From Macrostomum lignano (lineage: Eukaryota): DNA of 64,000 nucleotides. The position numbers were made by a program, and so were the translations under genes. Shown here in pieces: positions 23,620-36,600 of the stretch; the first letter of the stretch is position 1; every line of letters begins with the position of its first letter. Below the pieces are notes generated by a model. The model ran no database searches. It was not told the DNA's origin and was given only the letters and a program-made list of their open reading frames with translations. The stretch spans positions 1-64,000 of the forward strand of contig NIVC01001872.1 of the NCBI GenBank assembly GCA_002269645.1, in the 5' to 3' direction.

Positions 23620-26600
23620 GCTACTCGGTTTTGCGGGTACCAGTATCCCATAGCAATTTGGGTTGTCTCCTGCAGTCTCTGTCGATCCTGACTGCACAGA
23701 ACTTTTGACTAGGCATCAGGAAGTAGGAGCGACAACCTTGTTCTGACAGTTCTGCCAAACAACACTTCCGAAGGCGTCTTGCCCGTTGTGCTGTGCGGTG
23801 TCGTCCTAGCACGCCACAGAAAGTTTGAAAGCTGTTTTAGCATGTCAGGATCATTGGAAGCTTTTAAAGCCTTTTTGACTTGCTTGAGCATGTTTTCTGC
23901 CAAGCCATTTGATCTCGGATGTCCAGGGCTGCTCAGCGAATGCCGGATTCCAGTTTGCCTAAGGAACTCCTTAAATTGGTAGAATGTAAACAGAGAGCCA
24001 TTGTCCGAGTGAAGCACTCGACACAATCAAAGTCTTGCGAAAATCTGCCCTAGACACCGAACTGTTCTCCGACGTCGCATTCTTCATTGAAACCACTTCG
24101 GGAAATTTACTCGTTGCATCAGCAACCACCAGAAACATCCATGATCTGTATGGCCCTAAGAAATCTGTGATTCCGAGTCCACGGAGTAGTTGGCCAGGTC
24201 AGTGCGCTCAATGGTGCTTCAGGAGTGCTTGACCTCTGCAGCTGACATCCGCGACAATTGCTTACACTGTCCTCAATGTCTTGATCGATTCTCGGCCACC
24301 AGCAGTGCATCCTCGCCCTTGACTTTGTAAGCACAATGTCTAGGTGTCAGTGCCTCGTGCCAGTCTGCAGAGCTCGGCAGTAATAATCACATGCATCCCA
24401 AGCAGCAGTACACCACAGAAAATTCCGAGTTCATGTCTCTTGTCATAGTATGGCTTCAGTTCTGTCCTGATATCAGCTTCTTGCCATCCCTGTTTGCAAA
24501 GTATCAGCACTTGCTTCAACACCGGATCCTTCACAGTTGCTGTCGCAATGGTATCCGCCTGCACTGGCAATCTGCTGATCATCACCTGCTGAACTTCATC
24601 ACCTTCGGTTTCACATGCCGTTCCTGCTTTCTCTGGCAGTCTCAACAAACCACTCGCATTGCAGTGACGGTCTGTTGGCCTGAACTTGATTTCATACAAA
24701 TGAGCGCCTAGAAACATCGCCCATCGTTGCAAATGACTTGATGCCACAGACGGCACTGGTCTCTTGAGATTCTAGACAAAGGTCAAGGTGAAGCACCAAA
24801 TTCTAGCTTCATCTTCTTGGACGGATCATAGTGAGTTAGCACCTTGCTTGAGGTAAGTTGACCTTTGACTTGCTTGAACACGGATTCGTACTCGGCTGGC
24901 CAGTCGAAATCTTCTTCTTATCGAAGTCGCAAGTGAAAGCAGTGTTTCAGAGTAGCCAGATTCTGAATGAAATTCCCATAGTAATTTACCAGTCCAATCC
25001 AAGCCCTCAGCTCGGACACGTTACGTGGGCGTGGAACCTCGTGGGTAGCTCTGATCTTGTCCTCAGTTGGGTGGATTCCCTTTTCGTCTTGAAATTGACT
25101 TGAAATCCGCACAGATTCTCACCGATTTGCTGTCCGTCTTAAGTAATGGTACAATTTGAGTAGCCCAGTCCGAATGAGTAATTGGTATGATGACACCCTG
25201 CTTCTCCAGGCGTTTCAGCTCAGTCTCCACTAGTGGTTTCAGGGCGAATGACATCGTGCGAGCTCTGCAAAATGTTGGCTTGCTCCCTTCCTTGATCTTG
25301 ATCGTAGCCTTCACTCCTGTTATTTGGCCAATGTGTTCGTTGAAAACGTCTGAGTAGGTACGCAGAATCCCGTCCAGCTGACTGTTCTCCGGATCCGATA
25401 CAACGTTTTTCTCTGCGCTTCGCGTTCCGAGGATCTGACTCGAAGTTAGTTCAAGACACCCTGTCGCATCCAGTCTCTTCCAAGTAATTTGAACCATTGT
25501 TTGACACAGCAAGTATCGAAAGTTTTGCAACCTTACCTAGGTACTCTACGAAAACACTACATTCACCCTTGGCCGCAATTTCTCTACCAAGGCAATGACT
25601 GTGCTTGGTATCACTCGGCTTTAAGTCTAGTCCGAGCGACTCTGCTGTCTCATCATCCAGGATGTTCCTTTCAGCCCCCGTGTCGACTTCAAAGTGAACC
25701 GGCTTTTTGTTAATCAAAACTTCTCCGAAGTAAGCGGGGTTGCTTCTGTTAAATACCCGATTATTGCTTGGTGGTGATGCCCTGGCTCCGTAACCTGCTT
25801 GTTGCGAAATCCTTTCAGAGCCACGGTAGATGTTCCTTCTTTCGACACTTCTTGCACTTTTTAATACGATGTGGGCAAGCATTTCTCAAGTGATCTGGGT
25901 CAGAGCAACGGTAGCACCTACGAGTAAATGTTGGCTTCTCCTTGTTCCTTCTCTGAATTAGCGCGTCTCAGTAGCGCGTCGAAAAGCCGGCTTCTGCTTC
26001 TGGAGCTGGTCGCTTTGAGTGTCAACTCTGTTGAGCGTTTTTGTACGCATTCTCAATGACCTAGGCCTCCTCAACTGCGCAACTTTGAATGTCAAGCCGT
26101 CCCTTAACAAATCCATGAGCAATATAGCTCATTTGCGAGGTAAACTGGTGCCGGAATGCAGTCAGTAGCTCCTCGTAGGAATTGTTGTTATACTTTTCGT
26201 ATTATGCTTTTAAAAAACCGTGATGCTCAAAGAGCGCTCTTGAATTGTTAAGTTCTTTTGGAGCTCTTGGGCTCTCAGCTTTTTTCAAATTTATTATTTA
26301 TGTTTAAGAGAGTCGAGCTCTACTGGCTCAAGCAGCCGTTAGCTGCCTACACAGCCATAGACAAAAATGAACTGAATTACGCTCGAAAATACAAGTGAAG
26401 CTCGCAATAAGTTTGCTGTGCTCAACCCACAGCAATTGTCTTTCCTCAGAATTAAGTCAGCCTCTTCTCCGATCACGGTCAGCAGGTTGGCCTTTTTATC
26501 AGCGCCGTCAGTGACTTTCTTGACCGCAAGAAAACGCTCCAACCGCTCCTCGTACGCCTCCCAGTTCCGAGGGTTGCTGCAGTTGAATGGTTCGATAACA

Positions 26601-26620
26601 GGCCTAGTCGCCACTGTTTT
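23620..26620 (-). mobile_element. Ty3/Gypsy (K02A2.6/Mag-like) retrotransposon remnant with the RT core deleted
   Basis: Gag IEPFNCSNPRNWEAYEERLERFLAV (about 26590), protease VHFEVDTGAERNI, RT start ATQIVPLLK..RICADFK, then directly GIHPTEDK..VNYYGNFI. Also SSHLQRWAMFL, integrase WWPRIDQDIE..CRGC and HSDNGS..HPRSNGLAE..TPHSTTGKTPSEVLFGR. No YLDD segment seen. Confidence 0.9.
26603..26613 (-). promoter_or_regulatory. Primer-binding site TGGCGACTAGG
   Basis: One mismatch to TGGCGACGAGG, the complement of the tRNA-Ser(GCU) 3' end as I recall it. Follows ..AACAG at the element 5' end. Confidence 0.55.
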
Positions 26621-26831
26621 TGTTTTTATGTCGTATTTTGTCGGAGCTAGTCTATTGTAAAAACAAACACGTAGGCTCGAAGCCTAACGGACAAAAATAG
26701 TAAAATGAATATTAAAAAGCCCGCAGCTTTCTGGGTACTTTAGCTCCCGCTAAGTCCGTGTTTAGACCATAAACATAAAAGTGCATACGTCACACACACA
26801 TCCAGTCAAATACCATCACAGATCCAGTCAG

Positions 26832-27491
26832 ATGCCATCACGCCAAACCCCCACACCGCCACCCCAGGAGGACCCAGTCCAGTTCCGCGACCTTCACCAC
26901 TTTGGCTGCTACTACAGCCTGGAGGACATTCTGGCTACAGGCGAGCGGCTCAAGTGCGTCACCGGTGACGCGCTGCCCCGCCTGGCCGGGCTGGAGGTGG
27001 GCGGCGGTCACTCGGACGAAGACCTGCCGGCCGGAGTGAAGATCGAGCTGCCCTTATTCATGGTGTCGCACGTGTTTGTGCGCCTTCGGCAGGCCTGCTC
27101 GCTCCGCGTGGAGCCCCCGCGCTGCCTGACGGAGGCGCAGAAGAACATCTTCAGCGCTGACCCCACCGTGGTGAACCTGCGCCAGCTGTCGCCTCAGCTC
27201 TACCTGCAGGGCATGCACCTGCTGCTGCTGCCGGGGGCATCAAAACCTGACATCGCCCACACCCTGTGCAAGCTGCTCAGGGGAAGAGTCTGCGCCATCA
27301 TGGACCGAGCTCTGCACTCGCCGCTAAATGAGCACTGCTCAATTGTCAACATGCTGGACGACACCGAGATGCTGTTGTTTGGCATCGGCAGGGACACCGC
27401 CAGGAAGCTGCAGTGTTGGGACTCGGGGCGTCTGCACTCCATCACCGTGTCTGAGACTGTGCTCAGGCACCGAAAGAGGATGGAGCGGTGA
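26832..27491 (+). CDS. GINS3: DNA replication complex GINS subunit PSF3, intronless, about 219 aa
   Basis: YYSLEDILATGERLKC, GVKIELPLFM, VEPPRC..IFSADPTVVNLRQLSPQLY, LDDTEMLLF..LQCW and HRKR. Start taken at ATG 26832. Confidence 0.9.
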   Translation: MPSRQTPTPPPQEDPVQFRDLHHFGCYYSLEDILATGERLKCVTGDALPRLAGLEVGGGHSDEDLPAGVKIELPLFMVSHVFVRLRQACSLRVEPPRCLTEAQKNIFSADPTVVNLRQLSPQLYLQGMHLLLLPGASKPDIAHTLCKLLRGRVCAIMDRALHSPLNEHCSIVNMLDDTEMLLFGIGRDTARKLQCWDSGRLHSITVSETVLRHRKRMER

Positions 27492-27544
27492 CCTCCTGCT
27501 ACCTGTGACTTCGGCTCACCGTCTCAGGCACCTCACTGCCTCAT

Positions 27545-27895
27545 AGACACCCAGCCCTCAGCCACTCAGCACTCAGACATACAGCACTCAGACACCCAGC
27601 ACTCAGACACCCAGCCCTCTGACATCCACCCTATGACACCCAGCCCTCTGACATCCACCCTATGACACCCAGCACTCACACACCCAGGCCTCAGTCACCC
27701 AGCACTCAGACACCCAGCACTCAGTCACCCAGGCCTCAGTCACCCAGTATTCTGACACCCAGCCCTCTGACACCCAGCACTCAGACATCCAGCACTCAGA
27801 CACCCAGCACTCAGACATCCAGCACTCAGACACCCAGCACTCAGACACCCAAAACTCAGACACCAACCACTCAGACACCCAGCACTCAGCCATCA
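27545..27895. repeat. 15-nt minisatellite (cagcactcagacacc)n
   Basis: About 20 variant copies just 3' of GINS3. Confidence 0.85.
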
Positions 27896-28842
27896 GTGGC
27901 TCCCATTGGTCAGTTTTGACCCCTTCGCAGCCAATCACTATGGCTGCAATGTACATCATGTACTTTATAAGTGCCAGTTCAAACTCACGTGGTTCTGCTC
28001 GGCTCCAGAGCGAACCCGCAACTTGCACTGCTCTGACTCTCCTGCTGCCTGCATTTGTTCAAAGTCTGCTTGGCTCAATGAAATCCTGTTGCATGCTGGT
28101 CTGCGCGCATTTGCCAGTCTGTGTGCTGCTTTTGCATGCCATTGTGCTGCTTTTGCACGCCATTGTGCTGCTTTTGCATGCCATTGTGCTGCTTTTGCAT
28201 GTTATATTGTTATTGTGCTGCTTTTGCATGTTATTGTGCTGCACCTTTTGTACGTCTTGTTCAGCTTGAACAATGAGTGACTTTTATAAGCAAATATACC
28301 TGACACTGCACCAATTTACATTTATCAACATGGTTACATATGTTCATTCAATTGTTTCTTTGATAGCAGCGTTTAAGCTACAAAGGAATTTGAAATGCTT
28401 CAAACCGAATGCATTACAAACTGAAATGCTTCCAATATCCACCTGCAGTTTATAACCTCTAAAATTCTGAAAAAATACGGTATCAATACCGTCCACTATG
28501 TACTCGTTAAATTTGACTGCGCAATCAGAGCTCAATTGGATTCAGGGCTGCTCAATGTACTACTAATTCAAGTAGCCACACCCTGGCATTGCAGCAGTTC
28601 TGCTTAGCACAGGCGGCCGCAATCTGAGCAGGCAGGGTGAGAAGGTATTCGCTGCAGCTGCTCCAGGGCCAATAAAATCTGCTGCACAGGCGGCCGCTGC
28701 CCTGCCGGACTCTCGGGCTGAGCTGAGACACCTGCGACTGAGCTTGCAGTTATGGCACAGCCAACGCCATTTCCTGACAAAAAAATAAGTAAAGTTCAAG
28801 TGAGGAAACCGAAAGCATAACAATATTTGTAAGCTTGATTGC

Positions 28843-30640
28843 AGTTGCAGGAACTCACTCACATGTTTGAATGTGCAGCTTGGGTGTCTCAATTGCAGTT
28901 ACAGGAACTCACTCACATATTTGAATGTGCAGCTTGGGTGCCTCAATTGCAGTTGCAGGAACTCACTCACATGTTTGAATGTGCAGCTTGGGTGCCTCAA
29001 TTGCAGTTGCAGGAACTCACTCACATGTTTGAATGTGCAGCTTGGGTGTCTCAATTGCAGTTGCAGGAACTCACTCACATGTTTGAATGTGCAGCTTGGG
29101 TGCCTCGATTGCAGTGGCAGGAACTCACTCATATGTTTGAATGTGCAGCTTGGGTGCCTCAATTGCAGTTGCAGGAACTCACTCACATGTTTGAATGTGC
29201 AGCTTGGGTGCCTCAATTGCAGTTGCAGGAACTCACTCACATGTTTGAATGTGCAGCTTGGGTGCCTCAATTGCAGTTGCAGGAACTCACTCACATGTTT
29301 GAATGTGCAGCTTGGGTGCCTCAATTGCAGTTGCAGGAACTCACTCACATGTTTGAATGTGCAGCTTGGGTGCCTCAATTGCAGTGGCAGGAACTCACTC
29401 ACATGTTTGAATGTGCAGCTTGGTTGCCTCAATTGCAGTTGCAGGAACTCACTCACATGTTTGAATGTGCAGCTTGGGTGCCTCAATTGCAGTTGCAGGA
29501 ACTCACTCACATGTTTGAATGTGCAGCTTGGGTGTCTCAATTGCAGTTGCAGGAACTCACTCACATGTTTGAATGTGCAGCTTGGGTGCCTCGATTGCAG
29601 TGGCAGGAACTCACTCATATGTTTGAATGTGCAGCTTGGGTGCCTCAATTGCAGTTGCAGGAACTCACTCACATGTTTGAATGTGCAGCTTGGGTGCCTC
29701 AATTGCAGTTGCAGGAACTCACTCACATGTTTGAATGTGCAGCTTGGGTGCCTCAATTGCAGTTGCAGGAACTCACTCACATGTTTGAATGTGCAGCTTG
29801 GGTGCCTCAATTGCAGTTGCAGGAACTCACTCACATGTTTGAATGTGCAGCTTGGGTGCCTCAATTGCAGTGGCAGGAACTCACTCACATGTTTGAATGT
29901 GCAGCTTGGTTGCCTCAATTGCAGTTGCAGGAACTCACTCACATGTTTGAATGTGCAGCTTGGGTGCCTCAATTGCAGTTGCAGGAACTCACTCACATGT
30001 TTGAATGTGCAGCTTGGGTGTCTCAATTGCAGTTGCAGGAACTCACTCACATGTTTGAATGTGCAGCTTGGTTGCCTCAATTGCAGTTGCAGGAACTCAC
30101 TCACATGTTTGAATGTGCAGCTTGGGTGCCTCTATTGCAGTTGCAGGAACTCACTCACATGTTTGAATGTGCAGCTTGGTTGCCTCAATTGCAGTTTCAG
30201 GAACTCACTCACATGTTTGAATGTGCAGCTTGGTTGCCTCAATTGCAGTTTCAGGAACTCACTCACATGTTTGAATGTGCAGCTTGGTTGCCTCAATTGC
30301 AGTGGCAGGAACTCACATGTTTGAATGTGCAGCTTGGGTGCCTCAATTGCAGTTGCAGGAACTCACTCACATGTTTGAATGTGCAGCTTGGGTGCCTCAA
30401 TTGCAGTTGCAGGAACTCACTCACATGTTTGAATGTGCAGCTTGGGTGCCTCAATTGCAGTGGCAGGAACTCACTCACATGTTTGAATGTGCAGCTTGGG
30501 TGCCTCAATTGCAGTTGCAGGAACTCACTCACATGTTTGAATGTGCAGCTTGGGTGCCTCAATTGCAGTTGCAGGAACTCACTCACATGTTTGAATGTGC
30601 AGCTTGGGTGCCTCAATTGCAGTTGCAGGAACTCACTCAG
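28843..30640. repeat. 54-nt minisatellite ending at the acceptor of ankyrin exon A1
   Basis: About 33 copies of catgtttgaatgtgcagcttgggtgcctcaattgcagttgcaggaactcactca. Confidence 0.95.
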
Positions 30641-33600
30641 CCGGACCCCAAAAACCGGGCAAGCGTCGGAGACTCACCAGCCGATCTCCGGAATCTCGCC
30701 CACGATGTCATCCGAGGTGACTTCGGCCAAGTGCGGCGGCTGGCAACGCGCCAACTGGTCACCAGCGCTGATGTAGCTCGTCGAACCGTCCTCATGCTGG
30801 TGGCCGACGCTCCTGAGACTCCCGTGCACACTGAAAAGTGCATCTTGTACTTATTTGAGGTGGGCGCAAACCCCAAGGCGGCTGACGCAAACGGCGACAC
30901 GGCTGCGCACCTGGCAGCCCGGCGGGACCACCTGCGGCTGCTGGCGCTGCTGTCGTTCGATGCAAAGTGGCTGCGGAACGACAACGGCGCCACTCCGCTG
31001 ATGGAGGCGGCGCGGACTGGAAGCTGGAAATGCGCCAAGCACCTGCTGCACCTGCTCAGGCAGCGAAGGTTCAATGAGTGCGAGAAGCACGGAAACTCGA
31101 AGAGGTCGCGGCTGCTCGGACTGGAGGATCGCGAGGGTCGAACGGCGTCGGACCTGGCGAGGCTCAGCGGCCACTCAGAGCTGGCCAGCTACATCGAGCG
31201 GTGAGTGAGCAGATCGCTGCTGTGTCCATCAAGTTTTGCAGCATTCGGCTGGGGTGGCCAGAGCTGCAGTCTCAGGCCAGCCAATCAGAGCCAGTCAGCT
31301 AAGCTTGTCTCTGGCTTAGTGCATGTGAAAAATTTAAGAGTGGTGATTAGTCACTCAAAAACTCTCACTTCTAGACACTGGGGACCAAGTATATCCTCGG
31401 GTCAAATATCTCTGACGGTAGCGGCTCCTCGTAGGCTTCGAGGTTTGGCTTCGGTGAATCGCTACTTCCGCGAGTCCTTGACTTTATCTGTGGGTCGACC
31501 GAAAGCGAGAGCGAATCAGAATTCTTGACGGTGTCCTCGAGCTCGAGGTGCAGTCTCAGGCCAGCCAATCAGAGCCAGTCAGCTGAGCTTGTCTCTGTCT
31601 GACTGTTTGATGGGCGAGAGCCGTGATTGGCTGGCTGCCTCCCAGCCAATGGGGTGACGGTTGATCTCAGTCGAAAATGGAAGCTGTAGGGCCTCGGTGT
31701 GTAGTGAGTGTGTGTGGGTTGAGCTGCAGATGGAGAACTGGGAGGCTGTGCGTGAGTGCTTTGTGTGACATTGTGAGATGGAAGGAAACTCATGCTGCAG
31801 AAATGGAAAATGAGCTGCGTGTGAGAAGTCGGATGCGCTATCGCCGATGCTGATTGTTGCAGAGCTGCTGCAGTCCTCTTGGAAACTCCATCTGCCAGCA
31901 GCACAGATATTTAAGAAATTTCTTTTTACTAAATTTTTCATGAAAATTAAATCCTACAACTTAAGATTATTATTTAGCGATTGAGGTTGTAGAATTTGAG
32001 AAAATGTCAAATTCGCAGCTCATTTTTGCTGTTGCAGGGAGATGCGGCTGGTTGTGAATGCACATGGCGAGATCTCCGGCTTGACAGCCCAGGTGAGCGG
32101 TGCCGATGCGGCTGCAGCTGAGCAGCTGTGCTCAAATTTCCCGCTCGCCTTTGCAGGAGGAGCGGGATCGACTGGAACTGCAGCGGCTGGCCAAGTCGGG
32201 CGACTCGGCAGGGCTGCGGCGAGCGGCGACCCGCGGCAATTGCGACCTGCCTTACAGTTTGGGTGTCACCGCGTTGATGTTGGCAGCTGGAAACAGATCG
32301 TGCGGTGATGAGGCTCTGTGGGAGCAGCTGGTGCAGCTGGGTGACCCCACCTGTGCGAATATATGGGGTATCAGTTACCTGCAGTGGGCAGCCAGGGCTG
32401 GCAATTCTGCCGCAGCCTCCGCTCTGCTGTCTGCCGGAGCCTCCGCCAATGCCAGGGGTCTGTGTGAATTCACGCCCCTCATGCATGCAGCCTTTGCGCC
32501 CCCCGCCACCGCCGCCGCAGTCGGTCGGGTTCTGCTGGACTCAGGGGCGGATTGGAGCCTGAAGGACAAATTCAGCAAGACTGCGCTGCGTTTGGCCACA
32601 GAGAAGAGGAGCGAACTGGCTGAGCTGCTGCGTGGGTGAGTTTCCATGGCGACTGAGAATGTCAGTTTATTTAAGATTAATTAGAGCAACTAATTAAAAT
32701 ACATATTACGAGCGACAAAAATTTTATAATTAATTGTTTAAGTAAGGATTACGTTAACTTTTAATAGTAAACTATTTTTTATAGAAGACCTAAGTTCTAA
32801 AATAATACAGTTTACATGTTTCAGATTTGAAGGAGACAGCTACTTCCAGGATCCTCTGTGAGTTTGCTACAGCACACACAGCTACAGCACACACAGCTAC
32901 AGCACACACAGCTACAGCACACACAGCTACAACACACAGCTACAGCACACAGCTACAGCACACAGCTACAGCACACAGCTACAGCACACACAGCTACAGC
33001 ACACAGCTACAGCACACACAGCTACAGCACACACAGCTACAGCACACAACTACAGCACACACAGCTACAGCACACACAGCTACAGCACACACAACTACAG
33101 CATACACAGCTACAGCATACACAGCTACAGCACACACAGCTACAGCACACACAGCTACAGGACACACAGCTACAGCACACAGCTACAGGACACACAGCTA
33201 CAGCACACAGCTACAGCACACAGCTACAGCACACAGCTAAAGCACACAGCTACAGCACACAGCTACAGCACACAGCTACAGCACACAGCTACAGCACACA
33301 GCTACAGCACACAGCTACAGCACACACAGCTACAGCACACAGCTACAGCACATACAGCTACAGCACACAGCTACAGCACATACAGCTACAGCACACACAG
33401 CTACAGCACACAGCTACAGCACACAGCTACAGCACACACAGCTACAGCACACAGCTACAGCACACAGCTACAGCACACACAGCTACAGCACACAGCTACA
33501 GCACACACAGCTACAGCACACAGCTACAGCACATACAGCTACAGCACACACAGCTACAGCACACAGCTACAGCACACACAGCTACAGCACACACAGCTAC

Positions 33601-36600
33601 AGCACACAGCTACAGCACACACAGCTATAGCACACACAGAGCTACAGCACACAGCTACAGCACACACAGCTACAGCTACTTTCTAAACGTATCGGTTAGT
33701 CTCCAGACTCTCGTCCACGACGTCATCCGAGGTGACTTCGGCAAGGTGCAACGGCTGGCAACGAGCCAGCTGGTCACCAGCGCTGATGCAGCTCGTCGAA
33801 CCGTCCTCATGCTGGCGGCCGACGCTCCTGAGACTCCCGTGCACACTGAAAAGTGCATCTTGTACTTATTTGAGCTGGGCGCGAACCCCAAGGCGGCTGA
33901 CGCGAACGGCGACACGGCTGCGCACCTGGCAGCCCGGCGGGACCACCTGCGGCTGCTGACACTGCTGTCGTTCGATGCGAAGTGGCTGCGGAACAAAAAC
34001 GGCGCCACTCCGCTGATGGAGGCGGCGCGGACTGGAAGCTGGAAATGCGCCAAGCACCTGCTGCACCTGCTCAGGCAAGCAATGTTCAATGAGTGCAGAC
34101 AGCACGGAAACTCGAAGAGGTCGCGGCTGCTCAAAAAGAAAGATCTCGAGGGTCGGACGGCGTCGGACCTGGCGAGGCTCAGCGGCCACTCAGAGCTGGC
34201 CAGCTACATCGAGCGGTGAGTGAGCAGTTCGCTGCTGTGTCCATCAAGTTTTGCAACATTCGGCTGGGGTGGCCAGAGCTGCAGTCTCAGGCCAGCCAAT
34301 CAGAGCCAGTCAGCTGAGCTTGTCTCTGTCTGACTGTTTAATGGGCGAGAGCTGTGATTGGCTGGCTGCCTCCCAGCCAATGGGGTGACGGTTGATCTCA
34401 GTCGAGAATGGAAGCTGTAGGGCCTCGGTGTGCAATGAGAGTGTGTGGGTTGAGCTGCAGATGGAGAACTGGGAGGCTGTGCGTGAGTGCTTTGTGAGAC
34501 ATTGTTAGATGGAAGGAAACTCATGCTGCAGAAATGGAAAATGAGCTGCGTGTGAGAAGTCGGATGCGCTCTCGCCAATGCTGATTGTTGCAGAGCTGCT
34601 GCAGTCCTCTCGGAAACTCCATCTGCGAGCAGCTCAGAGAATTAAGAATTTCTGTTCACTAAATTTATCATGCAAACTTTATCGTACAACTGGGAATTTA
34701 ATTTTAGCGATCGTAGTTGTCGGACTCGAGAAAATGTCAAATTCGCAGCTCATTTTTGCTGTTGCAGAGATATGCGGCTGGTTGTGGATGCAGATGGCAA
34801 GATCTCCGGCCAGACAGCCCAGGTGAGCGGCATCTGCGGTGCCGATGCGGCTGCAGCTGAGCAGCTGTGCTCAAATTTCTCGCTTGCCTTTGCAGGAGGA
34901 GGCGGATCGACTGGAACTGAGGCGGCTGGCCAAGGTGGGCGACTCGGCGGGGCTGCGGCGAGCGGCGACCCGCGGCAGCTGCGACCTGACTGACAATGAT
35001 GGTTGCACCGCGTTGATGTGGGCTGCTGAGAACAGCTCGTGCGGTGATGAAGCTCTGTGGGAGCAGCTGGTGCAGCTGGGTGACCCCACCTGTGCGGATG
35101 TAGATGCTGACAGTTGCCTGCTCCGGGCAGCCAGGGCTGGCAATTCTGCTGCAGCCTCCGCTCTGCTGGCTGCCGGAGCCTCCGCCAATGCCACGAGTAT
35201 GTGGGAATTCACGCTTCTCATGTCGGCAGCCATCTGTGCGCGCCCCTCCGCCGCCGCCGCAGTCGGCCGGGTTCTGCTGGACTCAGGGGCGGATTGGAGC
35301 CTGAAGGACAGAGACGGCAGGACTGCGCTGGATTTGGCCACACAGAATGGAAAGAGCGAACTGGCTGAGCTGCTGCGTGGGTGAGTTTCCATGGCGACTG
35401 AGAATGTCTCTCTGACTTTGATTTATCATTGATAAACATTATGCTGTAATTTATGATTGAATATTGAGCAGCTGACTGCAGTTGCTCTGAGTGGGCATTT
35501 TTACATTTTTGTAGTTTAAATGGGCAGCAGGGACTGACTGAGCTGCATTGAGGGAGTTTGCAGTGCAGTTTGACTGCAGATTGCCAGTTGAATATTAATG
35601 TGAGCTGTGAGACAATACACTTGTTTGAGTAAATTTGGGTAAATTTTTTGAAGCTTTTTGTATTCTACATGGCTCTCAACTGAATTCCCTCTGACTTCAG
35701 ATTCCGCACTTCCTATTTAGGTACGACGGCAAGATTTACTTCTACGAGCCTCTGGCACTGCCGTGAGTTCCTACAGCACACAAAATAATTACTCTACTGT
35801 TAAAACGACTACAGCAGACAGCTACAGCATACAGCTACAGCACACAGCTACAGCACACAGCTACAGCACACAGCTACAGTACACAGCTACAGCACACACA
35901 GCTACAGCACACACAGCTACAGCACACACAGCTACAGCATACAGCTACAGCATACAGCTACAGCACACACAGTTACAGCACACACAGCTACAGCACACAG
36001 CTACAGCACACAGCTACAGCACACAGCTACAGCACACAGCTACAGCACACAGCTACAGCACACAGCTACAGCACACAGCTACAGCAAACAGCTACAGCAC
36101 ACAGCTACAGCACACAGCTACAGCACACACAGCTACAGCACACACAGCTACAGCACACAGCTACAGCACACAGCTACAGCATGCAAATTATCCCTGATTG
36201 CCTGAATCCGCATCCCCTCAGACCCGAAGGTCCCCCGTTCCTGAAGCGCTGGGATGCCCTTCGCCTCATCGGCCGCGGAGGCTTCGGTGAAGTCCACGAA
36301 GTTCGAACTGACACGGGCGTCACGTGCGCTGCCAAGACTCTCAGACTGCCTGTGCAGCTCGGTGATGAGCTGCCCTCTGTGAGCACAGAGATTCACAGAG
36401 CTGTCGAGAGCGAGAACCTGTGCCGACTGCGGCATCCCAACATCGTCAGGTTCTTGCACATCGCTCAGCCGGAGCCCGCCACAGTCGTTGTGTTCATGGA
36501 GCTGCTGGACGGCCGGAGCTTGGAGAGGTTTATCGACAACCAGCCGCTGGACGAGCTGACGATTCGAGACTTCAGCGAGCAGGTGAGCATTGTGCATCCT

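Noticed and set aside
27906-28760. Possible exons at about 27940-28000 (+) and 28563-28770 (-)
   Set aside because: Splice-like signals exist but there is no homology or partner exon.
28839-30776. 645-aa and 485-aa repeat ORFs apparently fused to ankyrin
   Set aside because: 54-nt intronic array. The frame shifts at about 30315, and the paralog has one unit followed by a splice acceptor.
32858-33699. His/Thr/Gln-rich N-terminus of the 453-aa ORF (also 35763-36197 and 56059-56520)
   Set aside because: cacagctacag intronic array; the flanking splice sites give a clean frame without it.
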